Origin: Octopus sinensis
Lineage: Eukaryota
Direction: 5' to 3'
Length of the DNA stretch: 64,000 bases
Assembly: GCF_006345805.1 (NCBI RefSeq)
Contig: NC_043011.1
Coordinates: 41,428,464 to 41,492,463, forward strand
Shown: positions 23,791 through 35,712 of the stretch, in pieces
Layout: each line of letters begins with the position of its first letter
Position numbering within the stretch: position 1 is the first letter of the stretch
Position numbers and translations under genes: made by a program
The notes under the pieces: generated by a model
Seen by the model: only the letters and a program-made list of their open reading frames with translations
Told to the model about the DNA's origin: nothing
Databases searched by the model: none

Positions 23791-24525
23791 CTATAAAAAA
23801 AGAAAATAGAAGAGGAAAAAGAGTTTTAGCTGTTTGAATCTGTGAGTGAGCATTTGTGGGTGTAATTACATTTGTCAAGAAACCAGGACAGGCTTTTGTT
23901 GAGGACTACTGCAAGCGCACAACACCATTAGCACAAACATTGTTTAAAATCAGAGAGTGAAAAGCACTTGTCCCTTGCTGATTGTAAGCAATGGCCTTAC
24001 TCACAATGTGTGGAGTGGTCGATGTGAGGAAGGGCATCCAGCTGCAAAATCCCTGCCAAAACAGACACAGTAGTCTAGGGTAGTTTCTCTACCTGGCTGG
24101 CTGTCAACCATCCTACCCATGTATGCATGGAAGAGGAACGTTAAACAAGGATGATAATGATGATAATGATATATATATATATATATATGAATACATACAT
24201 ACAAATACACACACATATATATTTTGTTTTGTTTCATTTTTTTGTAAATTCCAACTATATATATAGTTAATCCAAACATGAAAACACAAAAAAACACAAC
24301 GCGAGGACGTGGAACAAATATAGTATTATTGGATGCTCAGGAAAGAAGGGAAGAAGGAGGGTTTAATGTTTCAAGTGGAGCTCTTCGTTGGAAACAAAGG
24401 AGAAGGAAAGATCCCAAGGAGGGAAGACAGAGGAAAAAAATCACCAACGGTACACACAAGGTCACATGTATATATATACATATATACATAAGTATATGTA
24501 TGTCTGTGTATGTTTATATATATAT

Positions 24526-24585
<60 letters not shown>

Positions 24586-24681
24586 ATGGAGTTAAACACA
24601 GGTATTATTCAAATTCTTTTATTATTATTATTTTATAATAATAATAATGATAATAATAACAAATCAAATAGATGTACTCAC

Positions 24682-24751
24682 TTGATACCTTGACCTCTGT
24701 ATTCTCCAATATGAACTTGTACAATGATTTTGTATCGATCATAGGCTAAAT
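24682..24751 (-). CDS. TCTEX1D2: TCTEX1D2 exon (D)LAYDRYKIIVQVHIGEYRGQGI(K)
   Basis: 70 nt, tgtttcag acceptor, gtgagt donor; matches DRYKxVVQVxIGExRGxG. Confidence 0.95.
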
Positions 24752-25049
24752 CTGAAACAGAGAATTTATACATACATATCTTACACATAATAATACACAA
24801 TGTGCTTCATTTCAGTCATGCTGGTAGAGGGAAACTAAAACAACAAATGGAGTGGGAGTGAGTAACAGTCAGAGATGCTAAATGTAGGTGAACTGTAGTG
24901 ACAGGTTTTGATCCAAAGTTGGTGTTATTTTAATCAAGATGAAACTAAATTTTTATCATAAATTGTATTTGTTTTATCAATTTCACACACTTATATAAAT
25001 ATATGTAATTGTAGATTAAACTCTTTTGTTTCCAAAGTATTCATGTGAT

Positions 25050-25088
<39 letters not shown>

Positions 25089-25145
25089 CATCATCATTCA
25101 TTTAGCGTCCATTTTCCATGCTAGCATGGGTATATATAAATATAT

Positions 25146-25495
25146 AGGCACAGGAGTGGCTGTGTGGTAAGTAGCTTGCTTAGCAACCAGATGGTTCTGG
25201 GTTCAGTCCCACTGCGTGGCACCTTCTACTATAGCCTCAGGCTGACCAAAGTGAGTGGATTTGGTAGAAGGAAACTGAAAGAACCCCATCGTATATATGT
25301 ATATATATATGTATGTGCGGGTGCATATGCTTGACAACCAATGGTGGTGTGTTTATGTTCCTGCAACTTAGCAGTTCGGCAAAAGAGACCAATAGAATAA
25401 GTACTAGGCTTACAAAGAATAAGTCCTGGGGTTGATTTGCTCGACTAAAGGCATTGCTCCAGCATGGCTGCAGTTAAACGACTGAAACAAGTAAG
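25146..25495 (+). mobile_element. SINE family A copy in a TCTEX1D2 intron
   Basis: Similarity to 9890-10280. Confidence 0.85.
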
Positions 25496-27230
25496 TATAT
25501 ATATATATAGGTATATATAATCATAGTTGTGGCTATTGTCGGTGTCATGTAAACAGGTACCCATGCCGGTGGCACATAAAAAGCACCTTTCAAGCATTGG
25601 GCCTCATGGCGGCAATGTGGCTGATGCTGGTATCGTGGAACAAGCAGCCATGCCGATGGCACGTGAAAAGCACCTTTCAAGCATTGGGCCTCATGCAGGC
25701 GATGACGAATGACCGAGACCTTTGACAATATGTTATGCTTAAGAAGGGCATCCAGCTTTAGAAACCTTGCCAAATCAGGCTGGAATCTGGTGCAGTCAAA
25801 CCATCCATTTCATGCCAGCATGGACAATGGATGTTAAATGATGATGATGATAACTCTTTACTTGTTTCAGTCATTCGACTGCGGCCTTGCTGGAGCACCG
25901 CCTTTAGTTGAGCAAATCGACCCCAGGACTTATTCTTTGTAAGCCTAGTACTTATTCTATCGGTCCCTTTTGTAATCGACTATTCCCCTCCCCTAAATTT
26001 CAGGCCTTGTACCTATAGTAGAAGGGATTGTTATTATTATTATTGTTATTATTATCATTGTTAAGGCGGTGAGCTGGCAGAATTGTTAGCACACCGGGCA
26101 AAATGCTTAGCGGTATTTTGCCTGTCACTAGGTTCTGATTTCAAATTCCGCCAAGGTCGACTTTGTCTTACATCATGTCGGGGTTGATAAATTAAGTACC
26201 AGTGAAACACTGTGGTCAATGTCATCAACTAGTCCCCCCCACACACACACACCACCACAAATTTCAGGCCTTGTGCCTTTAGTAGAAAAGATTATTATTA
26301 TTATTATTATTATTATTATTGTTATTATTACTGAGTGTAAACTCAATCTGTCACCTGCTTTAACACCCTACCACCACCACCATCAATGTCCCCTTGGGTT
26401 TCCTTTAACAGATTCCAGTGTTGCCAGCACTTAAACTAGGTCCTTATTCTTAGGATGACCCCCTCACTTTCCCGCAACCCACCAGCTTTAAGTGGGATTG
26501 CCCTTTCTTCTTGGAGCAACTCATAAAGGAAATAAATAAAACATTTCAGGAATTAGGCCAATGGTTAGCCCCAGGGATTAGGCTAGAGATTAGATGAAGG
26601 ATTAGGTTAGGAATTAATGTAGAGCAGTGCTTCTTAATCTTGTTTTTATTTTTTTTTTGTATACCCATCTCCTTTTTAATCAACTCCCCATTATAATTTA
26701 CTCTCTCTCTCTGTCTCACACACACACACACGTCTGTATGTGTGTGTGTGTCTGTCTGTGTATAAGAAATAAGTAGTTTTGTAATTAACATAACTTACTA
26801 AATAACTTTAACAGATTTATATTAAACCCATCTTGTAAACAGTGCAAATATATTACTTATATTAAAGTAGCCTTGTAATTTACATAATTTGCTAAAAAAA
26901 ACAATAACAGACTTGTATTACACTCATGTAAACAACACAAATATATTACTTATATGAAACTGGTTTAATATGCAATACTTTTACATAACTTTAATAGCCT
27001 TATAGTAGTCTTGCAATTAATTAACATAATTTATTATATAATATGAACAACCTTATGTGAAATTATTCTTGCATATAACACCATTACATGACATTAACAG
27101 CCTTCTATCAAAGATTGTAAACAAGACAGTCTCATATATATTACTTACATTAGTCTTGGAATTAACATAATTTATTAAATGACGTTAATGATCTTATATT
27201 ACACCCTTTAAAATTCAGAATCTATTTATT

Positions 27231-27591
27231 TATTACCTCTGCCTTAGCAAAGGCAGAGATATTGTTTTTGGTCCTGTTTGTTTGTTTGCTTGTCCATGGA
27301 CAAGATATCTCAAGAACCACTGGATGGATTCAGATGAAACTTTCAGGGATGTTTGACCTCGTGACTGGCACAAACTGATTATATTTTGGGAGTGATCTTG
27401 TATCAGACAAGGATTCTGTATTATTTTTCCTGTTTATTTACTTAATTATTGAGAGCGGTTGGGTTCATTTTTAGTATTCTTGTTTGTGAGAGCAGTCAAA
27501 TTTATTTCAGATATTCTCATTTTAAAAATCATCTCTGGCTAATCGTTGATGTTACCTTGGCAGGGGTTTGCACTCCCTGAGTGCTCTTGTT
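27231..27591 (+). mobile_element. Helentron-associated (HINE/DINE-1-like) non-autonomous element
   Basis: tattacctctgcc start, (GTTT)n microsatellite, 3' ccttggcaggggtttgcactccctgagtgctcttgt end. Confidence 0.6.
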
Positions 27592-28431
27592 TATTTATTC
27601 AAATTACTTTGACTCAATCCGACATTATCTCATGGCTTTGGGATTTCACTTACTGATGTAAGTCAACAAAAGAAGAATCTTTAATAGCTGACAGATAATT
27701 CTTCCCCTGGATAGGGTCCCAGTGCATTGAAAGTTAACATTCCCCAGAACATCTTTTGGTACCTGTTTCTAGAGTCAGGTAAGACATTGGCTGAGGTGAT
27801 GTGAAATAAAATATTTGGTTGAGAGAAAGGAAAGAGACATCTGCACTGTGTAACATTAGATTGACCTCTTTTGACCTCAAACTACCTGAGACTATCCTTG
27901 GTTCTACAATACAAACTTTTTGTTTTAAAGTGATTTGAATTAAAAACCTTCCATCAAAATTCTTTGTTAAATTATGTTTCCAAAATCAGATTAATGGCTT
28001 CTGATTTAGGAACGAGAAAGGTGGGGAGAAATAGTCGATATCCTTAATCCCAGAACTTGACTAGTACTTTATTTTATGAACTCCAGAGGGATGAAAGGTA
28101 AAGTTGAACCTGGCAAGATTTAAACTCAGAACACAAAGAGACAGGTGGAGGAAATATTGCAAAATATTTTGTCCAATGTTCTAATGATTCAGCCAAATTG
28201 CTGCCCTTCCAACACCAGATTAACAATGACAAAGTTATTTTACTAAATTCTTCAATATTTTTGAAATTAACTGAAGTGAAATGAAGGCAATGTATGTATT
28301 TCAAAAGAAATATGGTAACAAAAGGTTTGAGTGTCATGTCTACAAGATACAGCCTTTGCAATGGTGACTATGATATGAACTTTCAACTCTACAACTCGCA
28401 GTCAAACAATTCCCTTCTATAAATGACTCAC

Positions 28432-28565
28432 CTTTAATTTTCTTTCGAATCAATTCCACCAAAACTTTTGTGTCTTCAGCCATTGTCTCTGAACTGTATT
28501 CCTTATGAGCAAGATTGTCCATCAAAACACTGCGAATGCATTCTTTCACTATGAGAGGCTGGAAT
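28432..28565 (-). CDS. TCTEX1D2: TCTEX1D2 exon FQPLIVKECIRSVLMDNLAHKEYSSETMAEDTKVLVELIRKKIK
   Basis: 134 nt, ttctctag acceptor, aag|gtgagt donor; aligns with FRPSVVKDCIHAVL...IKDKLK. Phases are consistent across all four exons. Confidence 0.95.
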
Positions 28566-28776
28566 CTAGAGAACAGAGAAGTCAAATTTTGTTGTAAAAC
28601 AAAAATAAAAACAGCAATAATAAATGGTTTCAAATTTTGGTGCAACACCAGCAATGTTAGGGGAGGGGTAAGTCAATTACACTGACCCCTTCCCCTTCAC
28701 CCCAGTACTCAACTGGTACTTTTTTATTGACCAGTGTGTATTTTATATATATACATACACATATACATACATTATA

Positions 28777-28808
<32 letters not shown>

Positions 28809-29138
28809 CATAAAATATATATAGGGTAGTGAGTTTTTTTTTTTTATTTCACTACTAGTGGCCTAGCATGTATAAAAAGTCAATAGACAATATATTCTCA
28901 ATATAAAATAGCGTACATTTAAACACAAGAGAAAACTGCCTTCAACAGGCAGTTTTTACATGCTAGAAGAAGTCAAAACGACCAAAACCACATTTAAAGA
29001 GCAATTTCTAAGGGAATGAAAAATAAAAACTTTTACCTTGTTATTTTATTCCAGCCAGACCAAAATTTCTAAATTTTTTTAGAAAATTTGCAAGGCAAAA
29101 TAATTTGCTAGTGTATATATTTCTTTAAATATATATAC

Positions 29139-29198
<60 letters not shown>

Positions 29199-29614
29199 GC
29201 ACACACACACATATACATATCCTGAAAAGGGAGCTGGTCACCTGGTGTAAATTAGGGGTTATCATGGATCTTTAATGTGCCCAAATACAAACGCAAGTCT
29301 CTTTTAATATTTGGCAATTACACAAAAAAAGAAAAATACTAATGCTTTGATGGGATTTGGTACATGGAAACTGTGGGAAGCCCATTGTGTGTGTGCATGC
29401 GTGACTGCATATGTATGTATGTGTATCTATCTAGAACAAACAACAATAATTTGAGTAACAATGGCCGCAATAACCATAACAGTCTGAAGCAACAGCAAAA
29501 GTTACAAATCTAACAAAATATTCAAAGTGAATCCACAATGAAATTGTTTTTGCTGTTTTGTTTTTCAAGTGATTCACCTAAATTTTAAAGGTTAACATCA
29601 GTATTAAGTTTTAG

Positions 29615-29625
<11 letters not shown>

Positions 29626-29649
<24 letters not shown>

Positions 29650-29769
29650 GAGGGGAGAAAGAAACTGACAGACTGACAGACAAAAAGAGAGAAAAAGACA
29701 TGGGTAGACCAAACAACCAAAAATTAGACAGACAGACAGATGGATGGAAAGATAGATAGATAGACAGAC

Positions 29770-29804
<35 letters not shown>

Positions 29805-29960
29805 TAGATGGATAGATAGATAGATAGATAGATGGATAGATGGATAGATGGATGGATGGATAGATGGATGGATGGATGGATTAATGGATGGATGGATGGA
29901 TAGATTGATAGATAGATAAATAGAGGGATAGAGACAGACAGACAGATAGATGGATGGAGA
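29626..29960. repeat. Compound (GA)n/(GACA)n/(GATA)n/(GGAT)n microsatellite
   Basis: Directly visible. Confidence 0.9.
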
Positions 29961-30480
29961 TCCCATCAGACAACATATTCCAACAGATGCAGTACCAGCA
30001 TCATCATCAACAGCATCTCACGAGAAATTGTTTCCTTCCTTTCCCCTCTCCTCGCCCCACCACCAGCAATGAAACACTGCCAACAAAAGTCAATGCTTTC
30101 TGCCCCTCCTTTCATGCCATCTACCTCAGATGAGGGCAGGGAGAGGCTCGCCCATACAGAAAAGAGATTGTTGGGGAGGCGAGGGTGACGTGTGGCATCA
30201 ATGGTGGTTGTCTCTTTAATGCTCCCACCACCACCACCACCACTACAACCTCCTCCTCCTCCTCTTCCAGCTTGTTAATTAAGTCTCCAGCAAAGGACAC
30301 AAGACAAAATCTTATTTAGAATCACCAGATTCAACACTACTGCCACCAACACCACCACCACTACCAACAACAACACTACCACTAGTTCTTATTTCACCCC
30401 TCTCTTTCTCTCTGAATATATGGAACATGGATATAGGATGATGATGATGATAATTACATAAATATATATAATTCACAGTA

Positions 30481-30640
30481 TTCATCATCATCATTTAACG
30501 TCCGCTTTCCATGCTAGCATGGGTTGGACGGTTTGACTGAGGGCTGGTGAACCAGATGGCTGCACCGCCAGCCCTCGGTCAAACCGTCCAACCCATGCTA
30601 GCATGGAGACCGGACGTTAAACGATGATGATGATGATGAA
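30481..30640. mobile_element. Fold-back (inverted) fusion of two RTE 3' ends
   Basis: Arms 30481-30547 and 30568-30640 are near-perfect reverse complements around a 20-nt loop. Confidence 0.9.
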
Positions 30641-30662
30641 CACATAGTGTGTCTTTGCATAT

Positions 30663-30868
30663 ATGTGAGGGATGCTGAAAAGTTCCTGGCTTCAAGGGTA
30701 CTGTGAAAGACCTGGTTGGAGGCCCAACCTTCCCAATTCTTTTACAGGGCTTAGAAAAACTGAAGGACCATTGTGTGTGAATCTGAGAGGGGAATATGTT
30801 TAATCAAATCCTAACTGATCCTCCTGTATTTTCTTTCACCCAAAGCCAGGAACTTTCCAGTCCCAATT
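30663..30868. mobile_element. Mariner-type MITE
   Basis: TIRs gctgaaaagttcctggctt / aagccaggaactttccag. Confidence 0.65.
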
Positions 30869-31464
30869 AGGCAGCCCTTAAAAAAATAGGCCCCCTTAAG
30901 ACATTACCTAGGATTAGGGGAGCTGCTGGTTTGAATTTCATTGTCCTTGCACTGACAGTCTAGAAGGAGTTAACGAACATAGAAACGTAGCAGATAGAAA
31001 AACATCACCCAAATTTATAATAGGATAATAGGATATACATGTGTGTGTGTGTGTGTGTGTGTACTTGGAGCAAATGTGCTTTACCAGTAAGCTACCAGCT
31101 ATAAACACATGATTTATTATCTAATATATACATAATGATGAACCAACAGTGTGTGTGTGTGTGTATAGATGTAAGATCTATGGATCAAAATGTAGGAAGA
31201 AAGTTAGTTTCAAGCAATCTGTAGTAAATATAAAAAACAACGTTCAGGGACAACAGTGATTTATTGGGACGGAAGGTTGTGGATTACTTTTCTTTATCAA
31301 AGAACGATGAGCTGAAAAAATAGTTCTTTTTATATTCCACAGTCGGCGACCAGGGTTGCTGAGTGTGCGAAAAAGAATACAAGAATTACAGAATGGAGTA
31401 GGAAAAATCCAGGCTACATATGTTTCATAGTGAATGGAAGCTCAGAGGTAGTAAAATCCAAGTG

Positions 31465-31700
31465 AGATGTATACCTATTTCTTTACTACCCACAAGGGGC
31501 TAAACACAGAGAGGACAAACAAGGACAGCCAAACGTATTAAGTTGATTACATCGACCCCAGTGCGTAACTGGTACTTATTTAATCGACCCCGAAAGGATG
31601 AAAGGTAAAGTTGACTTCGGCGGAATTTGAACTCAGGATGTAGCGGCAGACGAAATACCGTTAAGCATTTCCCCCAGCGTGCTAACGTTTCTACCAGCTA
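31465..31700 (-). mobile_element. SINE family B
   Basis: Reverse complement of 15561-15790. Confidence 0.85.
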
Positions 31701-31860
31701 CTCTTCAGACCAAGGACATCTTGGTTAGATTAAAGGCTACATCGTCACAAGGAGATTTTATCACTTCTGAGGTTCCACTCGCCGGATTTTTCCTACTCCA
31801 TTCCATAACTCTTGTATGTATGTATGTATGTATGTATGTATGTATCTATCTATCTATCTA

Positions 31861-31936
<76 letters not shown>

Positions 31937-31987
31937 AATCATTAAGGTGGTTATTTGCAATTTAGAACCAAAAGGCACTTAGTAACC

Positions 31988-32032
<45 letters not shown>

Positions 32033-32269
32033 GTGTGTGTGTGTATATCGTCATTCATGAAAAGTAGGTGACAGTATTTCACATTGACGTAGCAGGACAA
32101 TGAAAAAGTAAGACACACACACAAACACATTCACAAGTAGAAACATATGGCACCACATGACAAAACCATCAAAAAACATACATGATATGTATAAACCAAT
32201 TTACACATAGACATATTTTTATAAATATGTGTGTTCATGCGTATGTGCATATATATATATATATATATA

Positions 32270-32474
32270 TTCTTTTATTTTGTTTCAGTCACTTGACTGT
32301 GGCCATGCTGGAGCACCGCCTTTAGTCGAGCAAATCAACCCCACAACTTATCCTTTGTAAGCCTAGTACATATTCTATTGGCATCTTTTGCCGAACCGCT
32401 AAGCTATGGGGACGTAAACACACCAACATCAGTTGTCAAGTGATGGTGGGGAGGACAAACATATACACACACAC

Positions 32475-32536
<62 letters not shown>

Positions 32537-32955
32537 ATATATATCAACGGCCTTCTTTCAGTTTCCGTCTACCAAAGCCTTTTGAGTGGATTTGGTCTAC
32601 CATATCCACTCACAAGGCTTTGGTTGGCCCGAGGCTATAGTAGAAGACAATTACCCAAGGTGCCATGCAGTGGAACTGAACCCAGAACCATGTGGTTGGT
32701 AAACAAGCTACTTACCACACAGCCACCTGCACCTATATACATTATATATATATATATATATATACAACGGCCTTCTTTCAGTTTCGTCTACCAAAGCCTT
32801 TTGAGTGGATTTGGTCTACCATATCCACTCACAAGGCTTTGGTTGGCCCGAGGCTATAGTAGAAGACAATTACCCAAGGTGCCATGCAGTGGAACTGAAC
32901 CCAGAACCATGTGGTTGGTAAACAAGCTACTTACCACACAGCCACTCCTGCACCT
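32270..32955 (-). mobile_element. SINE family A with a tandem duplication of its head half
   Basis: 32545-32735 and 32766-32955 are near-identical and share private variants. Confidence 0.85.
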
Positions 32956-33064
32956 ATATACATATATATATTATAATATATATACACACACACATACATA
33001 CATATATATTTGCCATGATAGATCGCTAACCACTACATCATATTCTTTATTTTGTCTCCCTGTT

Positions 33065-33102
33065 TCTTTCTGTAGAAGAGCTTAGGCTCGAAACGTTAAA
33101 GA
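33065..33102 (+). ncRNA. Minimal hammerhead-like motif inside a Penelope-type mini-element (about 33010-33195)
   Basis: TCTTT-CTGTAGA-A-GAGC(TTAG)GCTC-GAAAC-GT-T-AAAGA. Confidence 0.6.
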
Positions 33103-33218
33103 CTTTTTCACTTCCCGAGCGTTATACTAATACATCTGTTTGTTGTCTACACCACCTGTCTTCGTCTTTTGTTTTCTCGTGAATCCTCCCTATATATATC
33201 TATGTATATATATATATA

Positions 33219-33595
33219 TCTTTATATATAAAAGAGAGGTTGTGTGTCTGTCTCCTACGATTTAGATTCCTAACTACTCCCACATTTTGCGGTGCAGTTT
33301 AACCAAAACAGGATATCTTATAGTCGTGATTCATATCGAGCCCTTCTGGGTACTAGCGCGCGTCTACGATGAGTCTACGATTTAAAAATGCATTTTAATG
33401 CATTTTTTCGCTATTATATAAGGGAAATAACTCTCTAAAAATGTCTACGATGAGTCAACGATTTAAAAAAAAATTTACCATAATTTTTTTCCATTTTTAA
33501 TGCATTTTTTTTCTATTTTTTGGCTATAACTCTCTAAAAATGTTTATATAGTTATTTCCCTTACAAACCCGAGCAACGCCGGGCAATACTGCTAG
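33219..33595 (+). mobile_element. Non-autonomous Helitron
   Basis: A|TC 5' end, subterminal hairpin CCCG-AGCAACGC-CGGG, 3' CTAG|T; no TSD. Confidence 0.8.
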
Positions 33596-34138
33596 TATAT
33601 ATATATATAGTTAATTTGAACAAGTGAAGTCCTCATAAGGTATTATATAATCCAAGGTATTCCACTGGTTCAATCCCTATCATATAATGGTAAAGTCATT
33701 TGTATATGTTAAGGATTATTGAAAATATCAATATGGAGGGAAAAACAAGGAGAAGAAAATGGAGAATAAATGGATGTAATTTCTGATTTATTGGCATGCA
33801 GAAAGATGACATTCTTGTTCTTCCCTATATATATATCTATATATATATATACACACACACAACAATCCCTTCCAGGATCTTCCAGATGTATATTACTGCA
33901 TATATATATACACAACATCCATTGACAAGGTTGCAAAAGCAATGAAAATTTTGCACATGGAAAGATATAAATAATAAATGAGTGGAAATTGAACCAGTGT
34001 GTGTGTGTTTGATAATAAAGCAGTACGACTCTCCCCAGACACAACAAAACTGGTTTCAACATACAAATTCACATAAAGGATCGTGCAAACCTGATATAAA
34101 AAAGAAATATGAGTGTGTGTGTGTATACATACATATGT

Positions 34139-34174
<36 letters not shown>

Positions 34175-34184
34175 CACCGTGACC

Positions 34185-35395
34185 GACCAGGCCATCAGAT
34201 GTTGTTACACATCGCTGGTCACAATGCGCTTCGCATTGTCTTTTAGCCTTCAAATCACGTCACCCCGTGAGTGTAGTGGGTGCTTTTTATGTGCCACTGA
34301 CACAGGTGCCAGACGAGGCTGGCAAACGGCCACGCTCGGATGGTGTTTTATTACGTGCCACCAGCACAGAGGCCAGTCGATGCACTGGTACCACAAAACT
34401 ACAAATTCCATTGATGTTCATCGATTTTGATTTGATTTGATTTTCACTTGCCTCAACAGGTCTTCACAAGTAGAGTTATGTGTCCCAAGAAGGAAGGTAT
34501 GCACAGGTGGACTGACTACGTCCCAGGTAGGGGCCATGGGTTATGGCCTCACTGTCCTGCCGGGTCTTCTCGCGCACAGCATACTTCCAAAGGTCTCGGT
34601 CTCTGGTCATTTCCTCGGTGAGACCTAAAGCGCGAAGGTCGTTCTTCACCACCGCGTCCCAGGTTTTCCTGGGTCTACCTCTTCCACAGGTTCCTTCAAC
34701 CGCTAGGATGTGGCACTTTTTCACACAACTATCTTCATCCATTCTTACTACGTGTCCATACCAGCATAGACGCCTCTCTTGCACACCACATCTGATGCTT
34801 CTTAGGTCCAACTTTTCTCTCAAGGCACTTACACTCTGTCGGGTATGAACACTGACATTACACATCCAATGGAGCATACTGGCTTCATTTCTTGCAAGCT
34901 TATGCATATCCTCAGCAGTCACGGCCCATGTTTCACTGCCATGTAGCATGGCTGTTCGCACACATGCGTCATACAGTCTGCCTTTTACTCTGAGCGAGAG
35001 GCCTTTTTGTCACCAGCAGAGGCAAGAACTCTCTGAACTTTGCCCAGGCTATTCTTACTCTAGCAGTCACACTTTCAGCACACCCACCCCCGCTACTGAC
35101 TTGGTCACCTAGGTAACGGAAGCTATCAACTATTTCAAGTTTTTCTCCCTGGAATGTGGCGGAAGATGGTCTCTGCGCATTTTCAGGGTTTATTGAACCA
35201 GAGCACCTGCCACATACAAAAACTAACTTCCTAGTTAGCCTTCCTTTGACATTGCTGCACCTCTTATGTGTCCATAGCTTACACTTGGTGCATCTTATAG
35301 AGTTCCTACCTACGCCTTTTCTACAGATCGAGCAGGGCCATCTACCTGAAGGCGTTTGTGATTTGTCTACCTTCCTACTTATTAGGACTTTGGTT
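34185..35395 (-). mobile_element. 5'-truncated RTE LINE including the PHD-like finger
   Basis: KTKVL...WPCSICRKG...HKRC...CGRC, FRYLGD, MLHGSETW, RPRKTW; 5' end abuts a (TA)n tract. Confidence 0.95.
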
Positions 35396-35520
35396 TTATA
35401 TATACATACATATATACATATATATATACATACATATATACATACATATACATATATATTATATATACATACATATATACATACATATATACATACATAC
35501 ATATAATACATACTATATAC

Positions 35521-35557
<37 letters not shown>

Positions 35558-35712
35558 TTAATACACCCATACATTATATATATATATATATATAACACAT
35601 CATACACACATATAGATATATATGTGTATAAGACATCCATTTGAATATATGTCTTATACACATATATATCTATATGTGTGTATGTATGTGTTATATATAT
35701 ATATATACACAT
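35396..35712. repeat. Complex (TA)/(TACA) microsatellite
   Basis: Directly visible. Confidence 0.9.

Noticed and set aside
24816-24857. Plus-strand 42-nt exon-like segment HAGRGKLKQQMEW
   Set aside because: Good splice signals, but it is antisense inside TCTEX1D2, lies past the + gene's stop, and has no partner exons.
31343-31447. Plus-strand exon-like frame SATRVAECAKK...
   Set aside because: Overlaps one arm of an inverted repeat, has a weak donor, and has no gene context.
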